Positions 25,690-37,599 of a DNA stretch of 64,000 nucleotides are shown one piece after another (within the stretch, counting starts at the first letter, position 1; the number at the start of each line of letters is the position of its first letter). The stretch covers positions 38,564,001-38,628,000 of the forward strand of contig OX597815.1 of NCBI GenBank assembly GCA_951406725.2. Direction: 5' to 3'. The notes beneath the pieces were generated by a model that saw only the letters and a list, made by a program, of their open reading frames with translations, searched no databases and was not told the origin of the DNA. The position numbers and the translations under genes are program-made. Origin of the DNA: Octopus vulgaris (taxonomy: Eukaryota).

Positions 25690-25843
25690 ACACAATCTTT
25701 CACTGGTACTTATTTTATCGACCCGAAAAGAGTGAAAGGCAAAGTCGACTTTGGCAGAATTTCAACTCAGAACGTAGTGACGGGAGAAATACCGCTAAGC
25801 ATTTTGTCCAGCGTGTTAACGATTCTACCAGCTCACCGCCTTA
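25690..25843 (-). mobile_element. SINE family 3, partial
   Basis: Reverse complement of ggcggtgagctgg...gtcgactttgcctttca...gggtcgataaaataagtaccag. Confidence 0.75.
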
Positions 25844-25857
25844 ACGATAATAATAAG

Positions 25858-26200
25858 GATTTCTTTTACTGGCCACAAGGGCCCAAGACATGGAGGAAAA
25901 TATCGAAGGACGAGTTACAGCACAAAATAAGTCACAAAAACTACAAAAGCATGTGGGGTTAACATCAATCGAGGGAGGATACCACCACAATAAAGGATAT
26001 AACAGAGGATATATAATAGAAAGTATAGAAATAAATAAATAGAATCTCCACTTTGGGTAATCCTGGGTAAATCCTTCACAAAAAACCTGGATTACTTTGC
26101 CATGTCCAAGGCATGGGAAATTGCCCTCTTCTAGGTTCTTTCCACCTGCTTAGAAAAGCATATTCAGAGTAGATCCATTCAGTCTCACGTTATCTTCCAC
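25858..26200 (-). mobile_element. 3' fragment of a Tx1/L1-like LINE relative
   Basis: On minus it ends ...tgtcttgggcccttgtggccagtaaaagaaat, similar to the LINE end at 16440-16472. Confidence 0.45.
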
Positions 26201-26417
26201 TTAAATATTCATATTTTTCATGAGTCCTTCATACATAAATATTTTTAATTGCTGTTTTCCCTAAATTGCTGGTATCTATATATTTTTTCTGTATTCATTA
26301 AAAATATATACATATATAAGTGTATGCACAGGTATGTGTACATAAACGAACACAGATATATACGTATGTATATGAACATGTATGTATGTATATACGCGTG
26401 TATATACACACTCATGA

Positions 26418-26650
26418 GTGAAGGTACGTGGTTTAGTGGTTAGGGTTCTGTATTAACGATCGTAAGATTGTGGTTTCGATTCCTGGACCGGGAGACGCGT
26501 TGTGTTCTTGAAGACAACGCTTCATTTCACGTTGCTCCAGTCCATTCAGCTGGCGAAAATGAGTAATCCTGTGACGGACAGCCGTCCCATCCAGGTGGGG
26601 AATATATACACCACGGAAACCGGGAAACCAGCCCTTATGACTCAAAAAGG
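26418..26650 (+). mobile_element. SINE family 2
   Basis: gtgaaggtacgtggtttagtggttaggg...gtttcgattcc...ttgctccagtccattcagctggcgaaaatgagt. Confidence 0.8.
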
Positions 26651-26874
26651 AATTTTACCTTTATACTCACATATATGTGTACATGTTATGTATACATGTT
26701 ATTGAATAAAAGTTTGACTTAACTCCATGCAGCTTAAAGTTTCGTAGGTTCATAGAACGAATCTGTCTGATACCTAACTGGAAGTAAACGGATATTAAAA
26801 AAAAAATTATTATTTTATCTGGCACCGCCATTTATGAGAGAATTTTTTATCGTTAATAGCTGCCGAAAACTTTT

Positions 26875-27085
26875 TGCGGCCTAGTGGCTAGGGTGTTGCA
26901 CATAGATCGCGAGATCGTGACTTCAAATTCCAAAGTAGCTATACGTTGTGTTCTTGAGCAAAACACTTCATTTCATGTTGCTTCGGTCGGTTTAGGTGTA
27001 AATGGGTAACTCGGCGACGATCCGTTCTTTGTCCGGCCAGTTTAGGCAGCGTTATGACACCATTTGAAAGCTAAAATGCAAAGTG
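26875..27085 (+). mobile_element. SINE family 2, diverged
   Basis: gcggcctagtggctaggg...ttgtgttcttgagcaaaacacttcatttca. Confidence 0.6.
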
Positions 27086-29689
27086 TGTAGGGGATTGAAA
27101 GCGTTATTTTAGCAGAGTAACATTAAAGTATCATTTGAAAAAAGAGAGGGTAAATATCCATTCTATGAAGAAAGGAAAAGAAACAGATATACGAGAATAT
27201 TATATTGTGTTTTTTTTTATTTTTATACCTTTCATGCTGTTTGATCTGTATTTACTTTTTACTTGTTCCTATAAAATCAAATACTATGACTTGCATTTGA
27301 GCTAGAGTTATATTTACATATTTCGTGCTTATTAATACATTGTTTATTAATCCTCTTTTTATGAATATCATTTCTTCAAGTTAAGATGTGCCGACAATTG
27401 ACCTTCTTTTAGCACTATAAATATCCTGGTAAACCGGCAGTTTTTGCCTTCTTGTGTTAGTTGAGTTACAATGGATATCATTGAATTGTATAAAAGCTAA
27501 CTTTTGTCTATTTCATATATTAGTTTATTTTACACATTTTTATACTTACATGCATTTTGTATTTACTTTGATTTGAACTCTATAACTTACTTTCCTAACT
27601 ATTATTATTTGAACATCTTATATTTCTCTCTATCTACAGTTAAGGGTTCAGAAAAAGTGTGTTTCTCTTTTCAATCACCAATATAGTTTTTATCCTTAGT
27701 GACTTCACTGTTTAATTCAATTTTTAATTTAATCACGAATTTAGAGTGCGTTTGTTCATCAGCAATACATTTTACAATATTTCAACAAATATTTTGATTA
27801 ACAGCGATAAAATATTTTAGCACTGAACGGATATTTGAGATTAAATTTCTGTGACACGAGCAAGTGAGGTTTTATTCAATAACAGAATCACAGACACTAT
27901 TATTCTCAGAATTAAGCAAAAAAAAAAATTTCAATGATTCTTCGAATTAAGCTAACAGCCAATTTAACATTATGAAATAACTGTATTTTTTGCTAATTGC
28001 CTTAATGGTATAAGTAATAAACTTTGATATGAATTTTCTCAGCTTCGAATTGAATTTTATACTTTGATAAAAAAAATCGTGGCTCCAAATATCTGTTTTC
28101 GCTAAAAGTTATACTTCAATCAGTATAAATTAGATACAAAAATAATCACACATGCATGGCAATTGCTTTCTTTTGATAATGGCCTGTTGTAAAGAAGTTT
28201 GATGCTAATTCTTTTAATATAGCAATGATTAACCTAGATTTTGCGAAAACCTGTGAGCTTTTTGGTTTTTACTATTTACTATGAAATAATTATACAGCAT
28301 TCTATAATTATACTGTGACACGATCTAATCAAAGCAAAAAATTTCGTATCATTAATCTGCATATTCAATGGTTTGTATTTCACGTATATAAGTCAAGTTG
28401 TATGATTTCTTCACGGTTTAAAAATTTTTTATGGATTAAAAATCTCAGAGTCGCAGTTCATAAAGTTTCAGCTTAATATCTCTGAGTATATGAGTGTGTG
28501 CGAATGCATATACGTATAGTATTAGCTAAATCATAGGATATCGATTACGTTAACCATTTAAAACACACAAAAACATTTAAATTCACTTTGAATTAATTGC
28601 AATAGGCTAGCATTTGTATAACATTATTGCAAACTGATCACTGACGTAGTACTACTGCAGCTGTTTGAAACATAGTTAATAGTAACTTCTTATATACTTT
28701 AGGTAATTTTTTTCTTCCTCGATGAACTTGCATTCAAGTTGATTGGCATTTGGCTTCTTAATGTCGGTCATCGTTAGTCATCTGCAGTATTTCTCTTCGC
28801 TTCTTTGTTTATGACTATATATGTATTTATCATTGTCACCGTTCCGTCTTCTATTTCCTTTCACTTTCATTTGTTCATTCATTCTCGCATTTTTTTCTTC
28901 TCATTTCTTTCCTTCTCATGACTGACATGGCGTATAGATGGTTAGCTTTTAAGCATACATCGTCTCGTATGCATTTTTGGTATTCTGTGTGGAAGAACCC
29001 TGCAAATATTAGGTTCTAGTTGTTTAGGTTAAATTATATTTGAAGCGTGCGAAGTAAACAGAAGAGGATCAAATGACTATATAGAAATAAAATCGACAAA
29101 CTCACACATATATGGAACCATATCCGCACATACAAACACACCTTCGCACGCACACGTGTGTGTGTTCACTTTTTACTTTTTATGCGCGACGCCTTGAGTG
29201 GCACATTGGATTTTATCCTTCGACTACATAATGGTGTGAACCTCTTCAGGCTTACATTTGATCTTGCATTTGGATTTTCTCTGCATACTGAGTCAATCAT
29301 CTTCCTTTGCATATTACATTTGAAGAATGTGCAAATATACTATCTATGCCAAGTTTATTGATTGAGATATTGCAAGAATCATATGTTCACTGATTACAGA
29401 ATAGAGAAAAAACGAAGGCATCATTAATAAAATATAGCTTAAAAATAGAAAACAACATATATATCACACCTAATTACAAAATTCTTATTTAAAAAAAAAA
29501 TTGCAAAAACACGAGAGTAAAAGAAAAGAGAGTCGCCTCCTAAATACATAACCACAAACTAATAAACGATAGAGCGTATTGTAAAGAAATTTGAATCTGC
29601 AAGTGTAATATAAACAACCAACGTTACGCACTAATACGCGCGTGCGCATACGTATATTTACGGGTACCTCTAGTATATATGTATATATA

Positions 29690-30725
29690 CTAGATGTACC
29701 CGCCGTGACCTATTAGGACACAAACACTTCAAGTTAAAAATCTCGATGCGCAGGGGGAAAGGAACAAATACTCTTTCGAACTTCATGTAATAAAATATTT
29801 AACTAATACAGTTCTTCTGCCTTTGGTAGGATGACATATACACGACGAAGTGTTTTTGTTTTCTTTGAAAACGTTCAAATGGCCTTGAGATTGTTTCATC
29901 GCTTTCTCCTTTGCCATTCTTTATTACTACTGTCCCAAGTGAAATACATGGGTACTTCAGCATAAAATAATGCTTTGTGCGAAGTCAACATTCTGTCAAT
30001 GTTGTTCTCATATGTCGTTCATTGACAGTCATATATATCCTCATTATTTCTGAGCAAAATTATTTATTCATTTGGTAGATGAACTTGCAGTCTAACTATT
30101 ACAGGTGCTCTTTCGTAAACTGAAAATCGTAAAATAAATGCAACTGCTTCGAATAGTCCAATATACCTACTCATTAGATAATGACTAATTTCGGTATCAT
30201 TGTTTATTTGAACAGCAGCTTGGTCATTTCTATTCCACGTGTACTTAATGACGTACTTAATTGACCAACACTCAGGCAACATTTCAACTTTGCATTGACA
30301 TTTGAACGTTCTTAAAAGAGTTTCATTATAAGGTACAACCAGTTTGTTGTTTGTTTCTTCATTCTTATGAGATTCAGCTTCTCCTATTGCAACTGATTTT
30401 CGCACAACCTCAACATACAAGTACGAAATAATCATGTCCAGAACAAAAACAAACAAATAAACAAAGAAAAGAATTTCCCGAAAGTACAAATCTAAGGGAG
30501 ACAAACCGCGAAAAATGCCTTCTAGATTATCATCACTTGATTCATTGTTTCAGTGTTTCATTTACACGAATTTACGAGAAATCCTGAGAACGAAATGACG
30601 CTGCTTTAAAAATGGAGGTGAAAACCCTTTTCCATGGGATCGGCTAGAAAATTCTTTAACATACTAGGATAATTTCCTAATCTTAACATGAAACCAATGG
30701 TGGCCTTAATTCACAAATAAAGTAT
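29690..30725 (-). mobile_element. Internally deleted Helitron with Rep remnant
   Basis: ORF 30064-30504: VVPYN..LL..F....VE...SIKYVIKY, EISHYLMSRYIG..EA, VRLQVHL. 3' end cacggcgggtacatCTAG on minus. The 5' boundary is approximate. Confidence 0.8.
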
Positions 30726-30728
30726 GTA

Positions 30729-30777
<49 letters not shown>

Positions 30778-30780
<3 letters not shown>

Positions 30781-30940
30781 TACGACAGACTTCTTTCAGT
30801 TTCCATCAACCAAATCCACTCACAAGGCTTTGCTCGACCTGAGGCTATAGTAGAAGACACTTGCCCAAGGTGCCGCGCAGTGAGATTGAACCCGGAACCA
30901 TGTGGTTGGGAAGCAAGCTTCTTACTACACAGCCACGCAT
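30778..30940 (-). mobile_element. SINE family 1, 5' half
   Basis: Reverse complement of the family 1 head, ending at (TA)n. Confidence 0.8.
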
Positions 30941-31462
30941 GTGTCTGTGGTGTGTGCGCGTGTGCTTAAACAAGCTTCTGTTTATCTTCATTTACCGCCA
31001 TGCCAGCCCGATTTGGATAGCTGTTAGAGACACCGGAAGAATACAGCTATTCTTAAATTTAACCCAATCCTGCCTAGATCCGATACAATAAAACTCGGTT
31101 ATATCTTGTGTAATAATTGTTGCCTGGCATACTACATTTATTCTTCAGTGATTCCTGCCTAACTTGCACCTATTTGGATTTCTACAATTACAGTAATATT
31201 TTGTCAAGATAATCAAGTATTATTACGTTTTGTAGATTTATATAAGTTATTGTCTGTATAGGGATTTTTATTGTTAAAGGTATCATTCATACTATTTTCT
31301 TCTACACTTTTCTTGTGTATTTTACTATTTGTGTTTTTTTAACCTGTAACTCAACTAACATATATGTGCATATACATGTTTGTGTGTGTATGTGTGTATG
31401 TGTATATATGTGTATGTATATGTATGTATATGTATATATGTATATGTACATATGTATATGTA

Positions 31463-31506
<44 letters not shown>

Positions 31507-31606
31507 TATATATATATACATATGTATATATGTAAATACATACACACGAACATACACAACATACACATATACATACATACATATATATATTTATATGCAA
31601 GCAGCT

Positions 31607-31820
31607 ATGCCTGATGAGTTCTTTGGCTCCACAGATCTACAAAACAAAATGGCAATTGTTGACAGCATCAACATATAGGAGATTGATGTGGTATCAGCCG
31701 TTGATGAGATGAGCTTAAACTCAGCAACAGTCCCTGATGGATTCCAAGCAATCCTCCTAAAGAAATGCGAAGGTGCTCTAGCTAGACCACCTCAGATCTT
31801 CTTTCAGAGCTTCCTCTCCA
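31607..31820 (+). mobile_element. CR1-group RT fragment
   Basis: SATVPDGFQAILLKKCEGALARP resembles SAVGPDRFPASLLKECRYQLAVP in ORF 38309-40816. Confidence 0.65.
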
Positions 31821-33288
31821 TAAGGTAGGAAGAAAATTAAATAAAGGTACAAACCTGATGGGGATTATCTAGGACCTAGGTTTTCAACTTTCCAAATTAT
31901 ATATGTGTATATATATGTGTGTAAATATATATATATGTAAATATGTGTGTATATATATATGTAAATATATCTATATGTATTTATATATGCAAATATAAAT
32001 AAATACAAATATACTTATGTATATATATGTATGTATGTATATATATATATATGTGTGTGTATGTGTGTGTATGTGTGTGTATGTATGGATTTGAAGAAAG
32101 TACCTACACGTGTGCTAGTTTATATTTTACAGTCAATACGTTATATAAATGAAATATTTAATGAGCATTAAAATAGATTGTAATAATATTCTTATGTTGA
32201 AGAAGACGACGTATTACCTGAAGTTTCTGTCCCACGTGTATCTACAAGTTATGTTTCCTGGTTTAGTGATGAGATGTATTATTATACGAATACATCTACC
32301 AATATTGTTATGTTCAGTTCCTTTTGTTACCGAGATGAAGAATATGGACAAGCATTAAAAATAGGCAGTGATGTACTAAATGTCAAATACAAAATGTTAA
32401 TTGTAGAACTGTTGTTCATTTTGGAAGGAAAGCAATAGATCTTTGGGACTCTCAGAAAAGGAGATATATGTTTTTTAAAACATCGATTCATTTCACAGAA
32501 AATTTCGTTTTCATGCTTAGAAGCAAAAATCTGATACTTTTAGCAAGGAAGACAACAAACACTCTTCCTTGATAAACTAATCCATTTCAAACCTCCTTAA
32601 TCAGTAAGTAGATGTTTACTAATTGAAACGCTAAATTGCCGTAAGTTGTAATTTGCATAATTACAAAAACAAGTAAAAAGGTTAGATTAAGAAACTATAC
32701 TTTTTATTGGGGTTAGCTGGCAATTCTGGAGTAGCATCTATGTGTTATACAGCAGGTGTCACCCCTATGGTAACGAACTTTAGCAAAATTCGAGTTTTTA
32801 GTTCCTTGTCGGTTACTGTTTTTTTGTACATATTTACGGTTAACTTCGTTTTTAAATGTAATCTTGTTTACGTTTCTCTTAGGTTTTAAGGGTGTTTCTT
32901 ACAATACTACATCACACGGAAAATGGACTTACTTTTTAAATTTAAGATTCTCAGGTTTTCTTTTTTATTGATTGGGTTTTAGTTGGTATCATGTTATTTC
33001 ATTTGTGGTAAAAACTAATGTATTTGTCAACACACCATCTAGGACCAAGAACACAGCACTTTACAGATTACGTGTGTGTGTGTGTGTGTGTGTGTGGATA
33101 GACAGATAGAGAGAGAGAAAAAAAAGAGAGAGAGAAAGAGAGAAAGATATGTGTGAAGGAGTGTGGCCTAGTGGTTAGGGTGCTACACTCACGATCGCTA
33201 AATATGGTATTTGCATTATCATGAACCGCTTGAAGTCCCTAACAAAGATAACGGATAAAATACCTCACTTATTTCCATCCATTTTTGA

Positions 33289-33520
33289 GGGCGGCGAGCT
33301 GGCAGAAATGTTAGCACGCCGGGCGAAATGCGTAGCCGTATTTCGTCTGTCGTTACGTTCTGAGTTCAAATTCCGCCGAGGTCGACTTTGCCTTTCATCC
33401 TTTCCGGGTCGATAAATAAAGTACCAGTTTCCCACTGGGGCCGATGTAATCGACTTAATTCCTTTGTCTGTCGTTGTTTGTCCCCTCTATGTTTAGCCCC
33501 ATGTGGGCAGTAAAGAAATA
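33289..33520 (+). mobile_element. SINE family 3 (central domain resembles MetaSINE/Sauria-type core)
   Basis: ggcggcgagctggcagaa...gagttcaaattcc (B box)...gcctttcatcctttccgggtcgataaataaagtaccag...tttagccccatgtgggcagtaaagaaata. Confidence 0.85.
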
Positions 33521-34169
33521 CATTTTGTTATATTGATACTCAGTGCTTTGAATACAAGTTAAACATTGAAAAAAAAATAATGAATAGAAAATGTAACTAT
33601 GAGACATCTGAAACACCAAATAAATGAAACTATAAAAGATCAAATAAACACCAAATAAATGAAACTATGAAACACTAAATAAATGCGCTCAGTGCAGGGA
33701 AGGGATTAGGAAGAATTATAACTACTTTAAAGATATTGTGCGATTTCAAATGTATAAGTCTTTTAAATCTAAAGTGATATTAAGAGTGGTGAGAGAGTAA
33801 GAAGGCGTAAAATAAAAAGCAGTAGATACGAAATAAAATTAAGTTTAGTTGTCTATCTTCTTGAACAGTACACTAACTATTATTGTTATATACATTTGAA
33901 GAACGAATGTTGTTATACGTTATGTTGATGCTTCTCAAAATTGTAGAAACAAACAACTCAGTGACTAACTTTCTTTAATGAACACTGTTGTGAGAATAAC
34001 CGATTTTGCTGCTCTATGACTACTTCATACTGTGTTCTTTCATTGCTAATTCGTGGGCTTTGTTGGGTTTATTCCTGTCTCACGTCCACTCCAGATTATT
34101 TTCTTCTCCTTTCCCTTGCCATTACCAATATTATTATTACTGTTAATGTTAGTAGAAAACCTTTAATGT

Positions 34170-34380
34170 GAGCGAGTTGCCAAAACCGATAGTACGCCTG
34201 GCTAAATGCTTAGCGGCATTTCGTCCGTCCTTACGTTGTGAGTTCAAATTCCACCGAGGTTAACTTTGCCTTTCATCCTTTCGGGTTCGATCATATAAGT
34301 ACCAGTTAAGCCCAGAGTCGATATAATCGACTTACTCCTTCCTCCGAAATCGCTGGCCTTGTGCCCAGAGTTGAAGACAT
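34170..34380 (+). mobile_element. SINE family 3, alternative tail
   Basis: Same head and core; tail gctggccttgtgccc...ttgaa. Confidence 0.75.
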
Positions 34381-35818
34381 TATTATTAGAAAGCATACCC
34401 ATTCCATGTATCTAAGCTTTTGTAATTGCTACATGTTTATACATACATGCAAATATATACACACGCGTTTTAGACCCATGTTTAGTCATGGAAGTCAAAA
34501 TTCCAGCACGTGGGAGAATAGAAGAAATTAAGTTGAAAATGCGCAGAGAATAAATCGAATTAGAATTTAATAATATTTTAAAATATAATTGAATTCTAAT
34601 TTATTCTAATATATTCTCTATGCATTTGGAATTTCATTTCCTCCTATATGTGTATGCGCGCACGTATGTGTTTGTGTGTGTGTGTATATGTGTGTGTGCG
34701 CACTTGCGTGTAATTGCTGATATTGTAATTTCAAATGAGTTTCCACTACTCGCATTGAGGCACATAACTCATTTGGTTATCATTATAGAAGTTCCAATCA
34801 TATCTAAGTAGTCTGACTAAACTGATATACATGGACGAATTATTAAAATGTTCGCTCTGCAATAACAACATTCTGCTTGCCTTCTCTCTACACGGTATCT
34901 TGGTTAAGTGTCATTTATCATAACTTTGGGTTGGGGAAAATCCTTTTGATGGATTTCATCTGTAATTGAAAGCCCTAGGTTTGTTATGCGTGCTTCGCTA
35001 ATTTTGCCATATTATATTAACTCGTGTTTGTGGAATAGGGAGTCTCTTACACAGTTAAACATACATATTTCCATTTATCGAATAAGACATTACACTTCGT
35101 TGAAACTGGCGAAGATTCATTTACTTTTATAAATAAAACAATTATAAAAATTAGTATCTGCCATTCCAGCTAGTATATCCACGCATACTACTCAATAATA
35201 CGTACGGTTAGTACATATTTCTGTTGATTGCATAAGAGATTGCTCTTTGTCGAAATCGACGAAGAACCATGTACTTTAACAAATAAAATAATTATGACCG
35301 TTTATGCCTGCCATACAATTAGTATATCACGACTGCTACACGACATCAGACCACTCCTTCATAATTGAGAGGTAATCACAAAGCAACAATTTTTTTTCCT
35401 TTCTTTCAAACAATCAAATTACAAGAGCCACACCTTGTTTTAAACTGCGACCTGTGTGAGTCCATCAGCTAAGGTTAGAAATGATTTATTGCAGTATGAA
35501 CTTGTGAGTGTTGTTCCTTCTGCGAAAACACTAACCTTAAACTTGAACTTTAAGAATCACCTCCAAGCTAATGATGTGTGTCCTCTTCTCGTAACGTAGG
35601 AAACATATTCCTTCCTGTATTAATAAAATATGGTGTTAGAAATGCGACCTGCTCCAACTTTAATTTAACAAATTCTCAGATAATTCCGTCATTCTTGCAT
35701 TGTGACTACGTAATGAACGCTAGAAGGAAGACTGCTTTCAGAGAAACCTGTAGTTACCATCAAATATATTCCCTTACTATAAGTTTAAAGCAATTCTGAA
35801 ATAGAATTATCAATTATA

Positions 35819-36235
35819 GGCGCAGGAGTGGCTGTGTGGTAAGTAGCTTGCTTACCAACCACATGGTTCCGGGTTCAGTCCCACTGCGTGGCACTTTGGG
35901 CAAGTGTCTTCTACTATAGCCTCGGGCCGAATAAAGCCTTGAGTGGATTTGATAGACGGAAACTGAAGGAAGCCTGTCGTGTATATGCATATATATATAT
36001 ATGTGTGTGTGAGTGTTTGTGTGTCTGTGTTTGTCCCCCCAAAATCGCTTGACAACTGATGCTGGTATGTTCATGTCCCCGTAACTTACCGGTTCGGCAA
36101 AAGAGACCGATAGAATAAGTACTAGACTTACAAAGAATAAGTCCTGGGGTCGATTTGCTCGACTAAAGGCGGTGCTCCAGCATGGCGCAGTCAAATGACT
36201 GAAACAAGTAAAAGAGTAAAAGAGAGTAAAGAGTA
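35819..36235 (+). mobile_element. SINE family 1, full length
   Basis: ggcgcaggagtggctgtgtggtaag (A box), gggttcagtccc (B box), internal microsatellite, (gtaaaaga)n tail. Confidence 0.9.
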
Positions 36236-36619
36236 ACCGCTGTAAAGTAACCCACTTTATCTCATTTCCTTGTTTTGGTGTGCCTAAAAAATATACAGAC
36301 ACTACCTCGCATCACTAGACAAATGAATTGAAAACTGACAGTTAGCAATCACTGCCATAATTTATCTCACAAGCGAAATTTAAATATGCACATTATGAAC
36401 AGCGTAATCTATTCATATATGCGACATATTGTTTCAGTGTGACTTAAAATTGCTCATATCTAGATTTCTGGGAATGGTGTAAAAAAAGTGTGAATGATGA
36501 GAAAGAATACATGCTAAACTCCAGGAACATAATCAACAATCTTAAACTATTTTTCCATATAGGATTTTTCAAATCAATAATAGAATATGTTGATTCGCTA
36601 GCTTCTGCACGTATTTTTT

Positions 36620-36790
36620 TTTCTCTCCTTGTTTCTCTCCGTGTTTCTTTTCTGTGTATCTTTCTGTTGAAGAGCGTAGGCTCGAAACGTAAAAGACTTG
36701 TTTTATTTATATTCCTGAGCGCCATACTAATACAATTGTTTGTTTGTATTCCACCTGCCTTCGTCTTTTGTTTATTTTCATAAAGATTCC

Positions 36791-36795
<5 letters not shown>
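36620..36795 (+). mobile_element. Short PLE-terminus-like repeat with hammerhead variant
   Basis: Homologous to 54945-55110; tcttt-ctgttgaa-gagc(gtag)gctc-GAAAC-GTA-aaaga at 36659-36696; ends on (TA)n. Confidence 0.65.
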
Positions 36796-36826
<31 letters not shown>

Positions 36827-36832
36827 AGTAAT

Positions 36833-37300
36833 AGGTGCAGGTAAGTCTGTGTGGTTATGAAGCTCGCTTTACAGCCGCTTGGTTTCGAGTTCAATCCTAC
36901 TGTGTGACAACTTTGGCAAGTATCTCCTGCTAAAACCTCGCGCCGATTAATAACTTGGGAGTGAATTTTATAGAGGAAAACTGCTTGGAAGCCCGTTGCA
37001 TATATGCATATGTATGTATGTGTATGTATGTATTTATGTAACCGTTTGTTTGTCTGTCTGTCTGTCTGTATGTATGTATGTGTATACGTGCGTGCGTGTA
37101 CATATGTCTGTGTGTCTTTTTATTTACATATGTCTGTGTGTCTTTTATGTCCCTGCAAGTTAACGGTTTGGCAAAGAGATGATAGAAGTACTAGAGTTTT
37201 AAAAATAAGTACTGGGTTAGAATTGTTCGTCTGAACCCTTCAAGGCGGTGTTCCAGCATGGGCACAGTTCAATGACTAAAACAAGTAAAGATGAATGATA
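36833..37300 (+). mobile_element. SINE family 1, diverged
   Basis: Head and tail homology to 35819-36235. Confidence 0.75.
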
Positions 37301-37599
37301 AACGCACACACTTACACACACGTGCGTGCGCCCACCCACATACACACACACGCTTAGTTGTGTCAATGTGTGTGTTGAAGATGAAATGAAGGGGTAGTTA
37401 GGACTCAAGGTACTTAGAATGATAGAATGTGAAAAGTATTATGGTCTCGAAAATTGTTAAATACAAAACAGTTATAGATGTCAGTAACACAACAAAGAAA
37501 TTTAATACTATTATGAAGTATGATATGACCATCACCTTCAAGAATATTATAAACTTCCACTAACATTCAAAATAGCTGGCTATATTCTCCTAAAACTAG

